From a virus: a DNA stretch of 64,000 nt. The stretch lies in IMG/VR virus record IMGVR_UViG_3300031576_000004, positions 99,303-163,302 of that record. The stretch is one strand, 5' to 3'. Of the stretch, positions 1 to 7,633 are shown piece by piece; the stretch's first letter is position 1, and each line of letters starts with the position of its first letter. A program made the translations under genes and the position numbers. The notes beneath the pieces were generated by a model that was not told where the DNA came from, did no database searches, and was given only the letters and a program-made list of their open reading frames with translations.

Positions 1-3000
1 TAGCCATGGTATCGCCGTCGAAGTCAGCGTTGAACCCCTTAACAACGAGAGGGTTCAGGCGTATGGCTTTCCCTTCAACAAGCTTTGGCTGGAACGACAT
101 AATGGAGAACTTGTGCAGAGTCGGAGCCCTGTTTGCCATCACCGGTCTATCCCGCATGGCGATCTCAAGAGCCTTTCGTGCAACAGGAGACTTGTCCTCA
201 AGTTCCTTGCGGGCATCAAGCGGCTTGTAGCCCTGCTGGTGTAGTTCTTTAATCGCGAACGGCCTGTAGATCTTCCAGGCCATGTCCTCAGGAATCCCGA
301 TCTCATCCAGCGTCAGCTGTGGCTCAGGGATAATTGTGGACCTGCCTGAAATCTCTTGTCTGCGACTAATGATCCGGTTCTGGAAGAATCCTTCCTTGTT
401 CCTATTGCCTTTAATGGTCTCAATGAGTCCGCGGTATTCTCTATTGGTTAGGGTATCACCTAGACCAGAGACGCCCTTCATCCCCTGGTAGAGATCCTTC
501 CTCAGATTCTTCAACTCAGAATCAGGAATACCTGCGGCCTTTGAGTCCTTGATCGAGTTATTAACTGCGATCAGATCCTTGTAGAGAGCGTTAACGTCAG
601 AGACAACGAGGTTCCCGTCTTCAAGCGGATAGATCGGACGGAACTTCGGCGGGATAACAGGAACGTTCTTTGTTATGTAAACATTCGGATCCTGCTTGTT
701 ATCCTTCAGGGCCTTAAGGTAGCGGATCTTCTTGTTTGCCTTATCGAGCTCGTCACCAGTCAAACCCTTTGCATCACCAACTGCTCCGGCTAGATCCTTT
801 GTGACGTTAACCTTATCAAGCAGCTTTTTAATGGCGACGCCGCCAGTTACAGATCCAGCTTCATGGGTCGCAGTAAATCCATGCTTCTCTGAGTAGTAAA
901 GCTCACCAGAGATTAACGCGTCGTACTGAGACCCAGTCAGGCCTGTAATCGTTTTAATGGCGTTCTCAAACATCGGGTTAGGGAGAGCCTCTGAGAGCTC
1001 GATGTGGGACCACTTAGACCCAGCATGCCCGCCGGTAATATTGGGATCGAACAAGCCATCCTTCTCTGGCTGTAGGTTCTTTCCCTTGATGATCTTTGGC
1101 TCCTTAATTTCGCCAGAGCTCATCGAGCGCACTTCTTTATCGGTCATGGGAACAAGCTGCATGTTGTTCCCGTCTTTCTTGACATCTACGCCGGTGCCCT
1201 TCACCATCGTTATGAACTTCTCGAATGCGAAGGGGACCTTTGGCGCTGGAAGTGACTGGCCTGTCTGAATGGCGCGCCAGAACTCCTCGTTCTTCTCGCT
1301 CTTGTGCGTAGCCATTTCACGAAGGTTATGTTTTGCTCCGTGGGCAAGCATGGCGTAAAGATCTAGGGTTCCGATGGACTGGCCACCTTCTCCGCCACCT
1401 TGTCCAGGCTGCATATCGGCCGTATAGCCGTCACGATCTCTCGCAGAGAACTTCTTCCTTGTCGGATGGTCAAGCTTCAAGATGTACTGCCTGCCAACAA
1501 GAACAGGCGGAAGCTTCCTGTTGAGTTCTGGATCAAATATAGTTTCTTTGTCCGTAAGGCCAGCGTCCTTGAGGTCTTTCTGAACCTTCTCAAGGTAATT
1601 GTCCTCAGAGAAGTTCCTAACTACATATGGCTTGCCAGTCTTATCAGCAATCTTGCCAGCTACGGTCTCGAGAACCTGCCCAACGTTAACGCGGGACGGA
1701 ATCCCGTGAGGGTTCATTAGGATGTCTATCTTCGTTCCGTCGTTAAGAGTTGGGGTCTCAGCGTCAGATAGGATCTTCCCAATAATGCCCTTGTTTCCGT
1801 GCCGACCAACTAGCTTATCCCCTACTTTGGCTGGCTCTTCCGTAGAGATAAGGACCTCGATCTTTCCACCAGTCTTAACAACGTCGGTAACTGTCCCGAC
1901 GTCATCCTCTTCCCATGTGACGGATCGATTCTTATATGGCTTGATAAACGCCTTGTGCAGCTTGGAAAGGAGCACGTCGTCAGTTGTCTTCTCTTCCTTC
2001 CGCATTAGGGCAATAACGATTTCTCCATAAGCGACCTTTTCGCCCTTCTTAATTACTCCATCGGCATCATATTTTCCAGACTGCGCAACGCTGATGTTCT
2101 CTGGGTAATACGCCTTGAATTTGTCCAGGTTTAGAAGGGCATTCTGATCCAGCTGCGCCGACATGCGATGCATGTGCAATGACGTCAGCTTCTTCGCCGC
2201 ACTCTCGGAGACAACAATGGCGTCTTCGAAATTGTAGCCCTTATATGGGACGTATGCCGTTACAAGGTTAGTCCCTAGGGCGATATGCCCGTCCTTCGTG
2301 TAATTAAGTTCATCAAGAAGCTGGCCCTTGGTTACCTTGTCCCCAACCTTAACCTGTGGGGCAGAGTCCAGATAGACCTTAGAGTTAAGTGGGTAGTGAT
2401 CATAAAGCGGATAACGATTTGTCTTCCCTGATTTCCCCTTAACAAAAACAGCGTCCTCGGTGACCTTTGTGACGGTCCCATCCTCATGGGACTTGCTCGT
2501 GTATCCAGCGCCAATCTTGCTCTCATAGGTGCTGCCCTGTTTATCTTCAACCTGAACAAGCGGGCGCTCTCTATGAAGAAGCGGGAGGGCCTGCTCCATC
2601 ATCTTTGAGGCCATCATGGCCCTGTTACCCTGGTCATTCTGCAGAAACGGGACCATATTTGTCGAAACGTCAAACATCGAGCTCGGTGATGGAATTATAT
2701 ATTGAACCTGTTCTGGCTTTACCTTGGCCACCTCGCCCTTATGAATTGCCTTAACTAATGGATATTTCGTGACGAATTTCCCGCCCTTAAGCTCATCCTG
2801 ATATTGATCCCTAAACCCAACAACGACATCAAATACTTGGTTCGGAGACAGTTCTTCTTTAAGTCCAGTCTTGGCATTAAACAGGGCCGTCTTTAGGCTG
2901 TTACCTACCTTTGAAGCATTAAGCGCTAAGTGCAGAGTGGTTCCGATGGCCCCTGATTCTGGCGAATGAAGCGGGTCCAGGAATCCGATTGAAGAAGGGT

Positions 3001-4117
3001 GAACAGCTCGCGCCTCTGCGGTGACGGCATGCTCATTTCCAATGCCGCCCTCGCCCATGATGGTGACCTTGGTTGTCTCTCCTAGCATATGCAGAGGATT
3101 AGTCTGCTCTGGTGTGTTGGATAGCGTCGTAGAGGTAAAGAAATCCTGGATGGGGGCATTGAGGGTATCAATCCCGATGATGTCCCTAATCCTGTCTTTC
3201 TTATCAATTACAAAGCCAATTCTAGCTTTAATCCTATTAGCGCTTTTTGTAATACGCTCAGCCACAAAGTCGTCTGTGGAATGTATTGTCTTGAACTCCA
3301 GTGAGTCCCTGTCATCAGGGGCTCTTTCGTTCCTGGATACGGTCAGGATGCGCGCAGACGTGCTGAGAAGCATATCTGCCGTCACGCTGGCGAACGCCGT
3401 CCCCAGCGTCATTTTTGTCGTCTCTGGGTCGATCTTGGTGTCGTTGAAATAGTTTGATATCGCGGCGATTGAAGTAGCTAGATCTGGGGCTGCCTTATCG
3501 AAAATAGCCCTATAAAGCTTGGCTATTTCCTTGTCGTAATTACCACCTTTGTTCTGTGCGGCTAGATCATTACCCCAAGCGCCAGCGATCTTGGCCTCTG
3601 TAATCCCAAGGGCCATGAGAGCGTGGTATAGCTTTACGTTGGATGTCCCTACATTTAAATAGAATGTTCCGCTTGTAGGATCAAGGATAATCTTGAAATT
3701 CCTGCCCTTAGCAAGGTTGACCTGAGACTCTAACTCTCCATTATCTTTAATTCTTGTGTAAACTCCTGGCTTTAATCTGAGCTGGTTTGTTACCTGATAT
3801 TCATTTCCCTTAACAATGTAAGAGCCCCTAGGCGTTAGCTTCGGAAGATTGGCAACCTTGATCTTCCTGGCGTGATCTATCGTTTTCCCAGTGGCGTTAT
3901 CCTTTAGGGAGAAGTCTCCGTAGACCTGTGCAGCCCACGACTTCCCCCTAAGTTTGGCGTCCTTCTGCCCAGCGAAATCATGCGCGGCCTGGGTATCCTC
4001 AACCCAGACATTATTAAGGACCAGAGTTTGATTGGTGCCCTTATATGGGAAAAGGGCTGCAACTGACTCTAAGAACCTGCGCTTTATGCTCTCGTATTGC
4101 GCCTGGAAATCAAGCAT
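1..4117 (-). CDS. rpoBC: DNA-directed RNA polymerase, fused beta-beta' subunit (3' end outside window)
   Basis: Hand translation from ATG 4117 (RBS GGAGG at 4122-4126). One frame carries beta motifs (GYNFEDAI; GDKLVGRHGNKGII at 1781-1822; LNPHGIPSRVNVGQVLE; GGQSIGTLD) and beta' motifs (GEIKEPK..DGLFDP; NRAPTLH; catalytic NADFDGD at 11-31). The supplied ORF track lists no minus-strand ORF ending in this frame, consistent with no internal stop. Confidence 0.96.
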   Translation of the reverse strand, partial: MLDFQAQYESIKRRFLESVAALFPYKGTNQTLVLNNVWVEDTQAAHDFAGQKDAKLRGKSWAAQVYGDFSLKDNATGKTIDHARKIKVANLPKLTPRGSYIVKGNEYQVTNQLRLKPGVYTRIKDNGELESQVNLAKGRNFKIILDPTSGTFYLNVGTSNVKLYHALMALGITEAKIAGAWGNDLAAQNKGGNYDKEIAKLYRAIFDKAAPDLATSIAAISNYFNDTKIDPETTKMTLGTAFASVTADMLLSTSARILTVSRNERAPDDRDSLEFKTIHSTDDFVAERITKSANRIKARIGFVIDKKDRIRDIIGIDTLNAPIQDFFTSTTLSNTPEQTNPLHMLGETTKVTIMGEGGIGNEHAVTAEARAVHPSSIGFLDPLHSPESGAIGTTLHLALNASKVGNSLKTALFNAKTGLKEELSPNQVFDVVVGFRDQYQDELKGGKFVTKYPLVKAIHKGEVAKVKPEQVQYIIPSPSSMFDVSTNMVPFLQNDQGNRAMMASKMMEQALPLLHRERPLVQVEDKQGSTYESKIGAGYTSKSHEDGTVTKVTEDAVFVKGKSGKTNRYPLYDHYPLNSKVYLDSAPQVKVGDKVTKGQLLDELNYTKDGHIALGTNLVTAYVPYKGYNFEDAIVVSESAAKKLTSLHMHRMSAQLDQNALLNLDKFKAYYPENISVAQSGKYDADGVIKKGEKVAYGEIVIALMRKEEKTTDDVLLSKLHKAFIKPYKNRSVTWEEDDVGTVTDVVKTGGKIEVLISTEEPAKVGDKLVGRHGNKGIIGKILSDAETPTLNDGTKIDILMNPHGIPSRVNVGQVLETVAGKIADKTGKPYVVRNFSEDNYLEKVQKDLKDAGLTDKETIFDPELNRKLPPVLVGRQYILKLDHPTRKKFSARDRDGYTADMQPGQGGGEGGQSIGTLDLYAMLAHGAKHNLREMATHKSEKNEEFWRAIQTGQSLPAPKVPFAFEKFITMVKGTGVDVKKDGNNMQLVPMTDKEVRSMSSGEIKEPKIIKGKNLQPEKDGLFDPNITGGHAGSKWSHIELSEALPNPMFENAIKTITGLTGSQYDALISGELYYSEKHGFTATHEAGSVTGGVAIKKLLDKVNVTKDLAGAVGDAKGLTGDELDKANKKIRYLKALKDNKQDPNVYITKNVPVIPPKFRPIYPLEDGNLVVSDVNALYKDLIAVNNSIKDSKAAGIPDSELKNLRKDLYQGMKGVSGLGDTLTNREYRGLIETIKGNRNKEGFFQNRIISRRQEISGRSTIIPEPQLTLDEIGIPEDMAWKIYRPFAIKELHQQGYKPLDARKELEDKSPVARKALEIAMRDRPVMANRAPTLHKFSIMSFQPKLVEGKAIRLNPLVVKGFNADFDGDTMA

Positions 4118-4126
4118 TAGGCCTCC

Positions 4127-4155
4127 AATATAACAGAGATCTTGGACCCAATCAA
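4127..4155 (-). promoter_or_regulatory. sigma70-like promoter for the RNAP gene (TTGATT-N17-TATATT, extended TGn)
   Basis: -35/-10 with 17-nt spacer; the -10 abuts the RBS, so the transcript would be nearly leaderless. Confidence 0.45.
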
Positions 4156-4206
4156 CGCCATAGATGTTACCGTAAGTAGAGTAAGAAAGGGAAGTGGAAC
4201 CTTTAA

Positions 4207-4222
4207 TTTTGGGTATAAGAAT
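4207..4222 (+). promoter_or_regulatory. phage-specific promoter motif TTTT-G-GGTATAAGAAT (class B)
   Basis: Same motif at 27888 and 36362, each in an intergenic gap heading a plus-strand unit. Confidence 0.7.
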
Positions 4223-4280
4223 ATGGCAAGGAAAGTCTTAGTTCAGCCAGCCTCAAAAACTGGTGGAAAGGAGATACTCC

Positions 4281-4826
4281 ATGTTCCTGTCACTAAAGGT
4301 TCTGGTGGCATACCCAGCCGTAGGAATCGTAGCTGTAGCTTTGGGAATCATCCCAGAGATACAGACAGAGATGCACGCGAGGGCGCTCGGGTTCGACACG
4401 TCTAAGAAGCTCGAGTTTCTGCCCCTAGAAGAGCGGGCAATGCCTGCTGCGAAGCCGGAAGCATTGATCAACAACAAGTTCGTCAACGCCGTCATAAATG
4501 TGGAGAGCGGCTGGGATCCGAACGCTGTGAGCAGGTGCGGTGCCAGGGGCCTCATGCAAATCATGGAACCAACCTGGAAGGACATGACTGATCGCCCGTG
4601 GGAAGAAGCATTTAACCCGACGACCAATAGGGATGTCGGAACTAAATATCTTCACTGGATCGAGAAGTACATTCAGAAGAACGGGGGGATCCCTACGCGG
4701 AATCTGATCGCAGCCGCATACAATGGCGGAGTCGGAAGACTGAAGAAGTTCGGCTGGGACATCAGCAAGATGCCGACCGAAACAAGGCAATACATCCACA
4801 AAGTCAACGCCGCCTACGACAAGTAG
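4281..4826 (+). CDS. SLT-family lytic transglycosylase with N-terminal hydrophobic segment
   Basis: VESG (catalytic E), GARGLMQI and AAYNGG motifs; RBS AAGGAG before ATG 4281. Confidence 0.9.
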   Translation: MFLSLKVLVAYPAVGIVAVALGIIPEIQTEMHARALGFDTSKKLEFLPLEERAMPAAKPEALINNKFVNAVINVESGWDPNAVSRCGARGLMQIMEPTWKDMTDRPWEEAFNPTTNRDVGTKYLHWIEKYIQKNGGIPTRNLIAAAYNGGVGRLKKFGWDISKMPTETRQYIHKVNAAYDK

Positions 4827-4840
4827 GCCGGTGTAGACTA

Positions 4841-4951
4841 TGGGGTGCGATCGCCAGCGACCATGAAAGTGGGCGCGGAATAAGAGAGGCTGTTGTACCA
4901 ACGACGGCAGCTGAAAGGATCGGCCCCACCTTTAATAATGCGGTGTGGGGC
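4841..4951 (+). ncRNA. candidate structured RNA / cis-regulatory leader
   Basis: Closing stem 4841-4852/4918-4928, GAAA-tetraloop hairpin 4857-4876, G-U-containing hairpin 4889-4908, alternative stem 4923-4929/4945-4951. Confidence 0.5.
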
Positions 4952-4978
4952 ATAAACAAAAAGGAGGTGATATACTAG

Positions 4979-5050
4979 ATGGGAGACTGGCTGATCGGAG
5001 TTTGGAAGGTTCTTAAAGAACTTTCTGAGTCGGCAAAATCATGGCGATGA
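4979..5050 (+). CDS. 23-aa amphipathic peptide MGDWLIGVWKVLKELSESAKSWR
   Basis: Full anti-SD match AAGGAGGTGA 8 nt upstream; fills the gap to the next gene. Confidence 0.55.
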   Translation: MGDWLIGVWKVLKELSESAKSWR

Positions 5051-5058
5051 GGTGACAC

Positions 5059-5256
5059 ATGGACCTACTCGCGTACTTGATTCTTCTCTATTGTTGCGTA
5101 GGCGCATACAAAGGGGTCATCGCATCTATTCACGGATTACCAATCCTAAATAGAGATTGCGATGGCAGTCCAGACTTTGAAGACAAAACATGGTTTTTCG
5201 CAACAGTTATGTTTCTAGATATATTTCTTTGGCCACTTCATGAGAGGGGGGGGTAA
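5059..5256 (+). CDS. small protein with two hydrophobic segments
   Basis: RBS GAGGTG; two predicted TM stretches. Confidence 0.65.
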   Translation: MDLLAYLILLYCCVGAYKGVIASIHGLPILNRDCDGSPDFEDKTWFFATVMFLDIFLWPLHERGG

Positions 5257-5680
5257 TGGTGACGTGAGAGTACAACAATCATTTGGGACTGCCTTTGCAA
5301 GCATTCCTGCATTCCAAGAACTGAAAAGGAAGCAGGAAGAGTTCACCAAAGACAGCATCAAAAAGGAACAAGCGGCTGCCCTGGCGCATGTCGAATCCAT
5401 GCGTCAGGAGCGGCTCTCAAAAAAGAACGCAGCTCTTCACAGAGTTCGCGTAGCTTCTATCGACCAGAATATCGAGAACATCAATCCAAACAACTCAACC
5501 GCTCTAGACAACGCGGCAAATCACCTCCTAAGAAGGGGTAGCGTTTGGATCCATGAAGGCTATATCGGCTCCAATCGGGAGCAGATTGCCTTCGAGCTTG
5601 AGATGCAGCTTGTCGGGGTATTGCTCGATGAGCACGAGCTCGAAAACAGAATGAAGCTCCGCTGTGAAGCGGAATTCTAG
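5240..5680 (+). CDS. hypothetical coiled-coil protein
   Basis: ORF in operon; start uncertain. Confidence 0.65.
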   Translation: MRGGGNGDVRVQQSFGTAFASIPAFQELKRKQEEFTKDSIKKEQAAALAHVESMRQERLSKKNAALHRVRVASIDQNIENINPNNSTALDNAANHLLRRGSVWIHEGYIGSNREQIAFELEMQLVGVLLDEHELENRMKLRCEAEF

Positions 5681-5692
5681 TTAGGCGTTGGA

Positions 5693-5732
5693 CAGAGGGA
5701 GTTTTGGCCGGCAACGGCCGAGACTCCCTCTG
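5693..5732 (+). terminator. 18-bp GCAA-loop hairpin between convergent genes
   Basis: CAGAGGGAGTTTTGGCCG-GCAA-CGGCCGAGACTCCCTCTG; no adjacent U-tract. Confidence 0.6.
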
Positions 5733-5756
5733 CGGGCCGAGGCATTTATTTAGCTA

Positions 5757-6119
5757 TTAAAGTATTTGAGTCTTAGCCTTCTCTAGAGATACCCAGGATC
5801 TACGCGCCTCAAAGTGGTTCTTTAGGGTCTCGTAATGCGTCCTGGCTCCAAGTTCAGCCCCAACAGCATCTGCATACACCTTTATATATTCGCCATACTC
5901 TTTAGAGGCTAAAGCCTCTCTCTCTATCCTGGACTCTGTGACCTTCGTCCCAGTGGTCTCGTAGGTGGCCGAAATCGTGTTCATAAGCTTCGCTAGCATG
6001 GTCTTCCGACCTTCCTCTAGCCTGGTAGACAATTGCTTCACCTTGGCCCATTCCTGACCCGCCTTCTCCTGCTCAGCGATGATGTCTTCCAGGAACCTAA
6101 GGTCTATTTCGACTTCCAT
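5757..6119 (-). CDS. helical phage protein, possibly UvsY-like
   Basis: 120-aa all-helical ORF; family resemblance judged by eye only. Confidence 0.55.
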   Translation of the reverse strand: MEVEIDLRFLEDIIAEQEKAGQEWAKVKQLSTRLEEGRKTMLAKLMNTISATYETTGTKVTESRIEREALASKEYGEYIKVYADAVGAELGARTHYETLKNHFEARRSWVSLEKAKTQIL

Positions 6120-6130
6120 GTAGACCCCCT

Positions 6131-6174
6131 AAAACAAAGTGGCGACCGAGAGCATGATAGCCCTCGATCGCCAC
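6131..6174 (-). terminator. intrinsic terminator of the adhesin operon
   Basis: Minus RNA GUGGCGAUCGAGGGC-UAUCAU-GCUCUCGGUCGCCAC followed by UUUGUUUU. Confidence 0.8.
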
Positions 6175-6199
6175 ATTTACAACACTTACTTTACTTATT

Positions 6200-7294
6200 C
6201 TATTCTTCGCGGATATTATGAATGTTGTCTACGTGCATGATCCCGTCCCCAGTACCCTTCATCGTGAACTCCTGCCTGTACCCGAGATCATCCGTGGATT
6301 TGAGAGCAACAACCCTCGTGGCAGTGTAGGTGTTATCAACATACAAATCCTGCACACCGGTTAGAGGATAGTGTTCAACATGGACCTTGTGTTGTCCGGC
6401 TGGCAAGGCAATCGGATCGGGAGTCCAGCCACGGATTCCACGGATGGCCACGACTGGCGGTGCACCAAACAGATTTACCCCAGCCCCACCATTCCAAAGA
6501 TCCGTGATCTCTGTGTTAGACAGAACCCGCTTCCATATGAAGACTTCGTCGATTTTACCTTCGAAAGTAAGCCCGGCTGGACCCACGAGACCATTAAAAT
6601 TGCCGCAGCAGTTGTGGTCGTAATAGTCACCGATGGCGATTTCGCCAAGCTGTTGATAAGATGGGCCATCAAAGCCCTCATCGGAACCAAAGTCCATAAG
6701 AGAATAGACGGTGTGGTTCACATCCCCATCAACAACCAAGTTGCCCTTAATCCCGCTCAGGGGGCCATCCGTGTTGTAATCGTAAGTGACTACGATGTGA
6801 TGATAATTACCGTCCCCAAGGGCGAATGAGCTCACGTCAAAACCGATAAATGTGGCCGGGCCGTTGGTCACCTGCAGCACGAGAGTGCTACCCTGCAAGC
6901 TAATAAGCGCACCACTGCTGCCGGTATTCAAATCGCCGATAGACCACATAACCCCATAACTTTGCGGGGATGGGACTGTTGCTGGATTCACCCAAGCTGA
7001 GATTGACCAAGTCTCCCCGAGATAAGAATTTCCGAACTCAAGATCAGTGCGCTCGATACCGCCCCAATAGAGTCCGTAATGGCCACCCGGAGCTGTGTGG
7101 GTAATGTCACCCGTGACGGCAACAGCACCAGGACCAGTCCCGATCCCAGTGCCGAACTTGCCAACTACTCCATGGGAAGCCCCAACGTTAGTAAGTTCGA
7201 AATCCCCTGAAGTCGGAACCCCTGCAACAGAGGCAAAGTTCCCGGTCAGTTCATTAAACTTCCATCCTGCGATAATATCATCGGTAAGAGCCAT
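6200..7294 (-). CDS. LamG/ConA-like lectin virion protein plus 82-aa C-terminal module
   Basis: WSISAWV, YHHIVVTYD and FEGKIDEVFIWKRVLS LamG motifs; C-terminal 82 aa shared with 7634-9880. Confidence 0.85.
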   Translation of the reverse strand: MALTDDIIAGWKFNELTGNFASVAGVPTSGDFELTNVGASHGVVGKFGTGIGTGPGAVAVTGDITHTAPGGHYGLYWGGIERTDLEFGNSYLGETWSISAWVNPATVPSPQSYGVMWSIGDLNTGSSGALISLQGSTLVLQVTNGPATFIGFDVSSFALGDGNYHHIVVTYDYNTDGPLSGIKGNLVVDGDVNHTVYSLMDFGSDEGFDGPSYQQLGEIAIGDYYDHNCCGNFNGLVGPAGLTFEGKIDEVFIWKRVLSNTEITDLWNGGAGVNLFGAPPVVAIRGIRGWTPDPIALPAGQHKVHVEHYPLTGVQDLYVDNTYTATRVVALKSTDDLGYRQEFTMKGTGDGIMHVDNIHNIREE

Positions 7295-7329
7295 TTATAG
7301 TCCTCCCATGTCTTGTGTATTGATAGGGA

Positions 7330-7608
7330 TTAAGCCGTCTTCTTGAGCCACTTCATGTTCGCGTTAACTGAGCCCGGATGGAACGTGTGGTTACCTTCCG
7401 TGTAAGTCTTCAGCTTGGCTTTAGCCGCGACACCTGTGAGTAGCGTCTTGCTTGCAGCAATCAATGTAGTTATCTGAGTCGCATCGAAATCACCACGGAC
7501 AACTCCAAGAGCGCCAGCAAGATTCTTTCTAACGACGCGATAATTAGGGGCTGTGCTTACATTAACGTCCGGCGTGTCTCCCGAAAATGCAAGTTCTACG
7601 TAGAGCAT
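7330..7608 (-). CDS. small LamG-associated protein (paralog of 11070-11327)
   Basis: GDTPDV.VS.APNY...GDFDA.QI..LIAA.KTLLT shared. Confidence 0.8.
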   Translation of the reverse strand: MLYVELAFSGDTPDVNVSTAPNYRVVRKNLAGALGVVRGDFDATQITTLIAASKTLLTGVAAKAKLKTYTEGNHTFHPGSVNANMKWLKKTA

Positions 7609-7633
7609 TATTTAAACTCCTTTAGTTTTGAGC

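Noticed and set aside
6-3452. Many short plus-strand ORFs in the track
   Set aside because: Antisense shadows of the minus-strand RNAP gene
4841-4930. tRNA, tmRNA or hammerhead identity for the structured RNA
   Set aside because: No T-arm GTTCRA, no CCA end, no CUGANGA core
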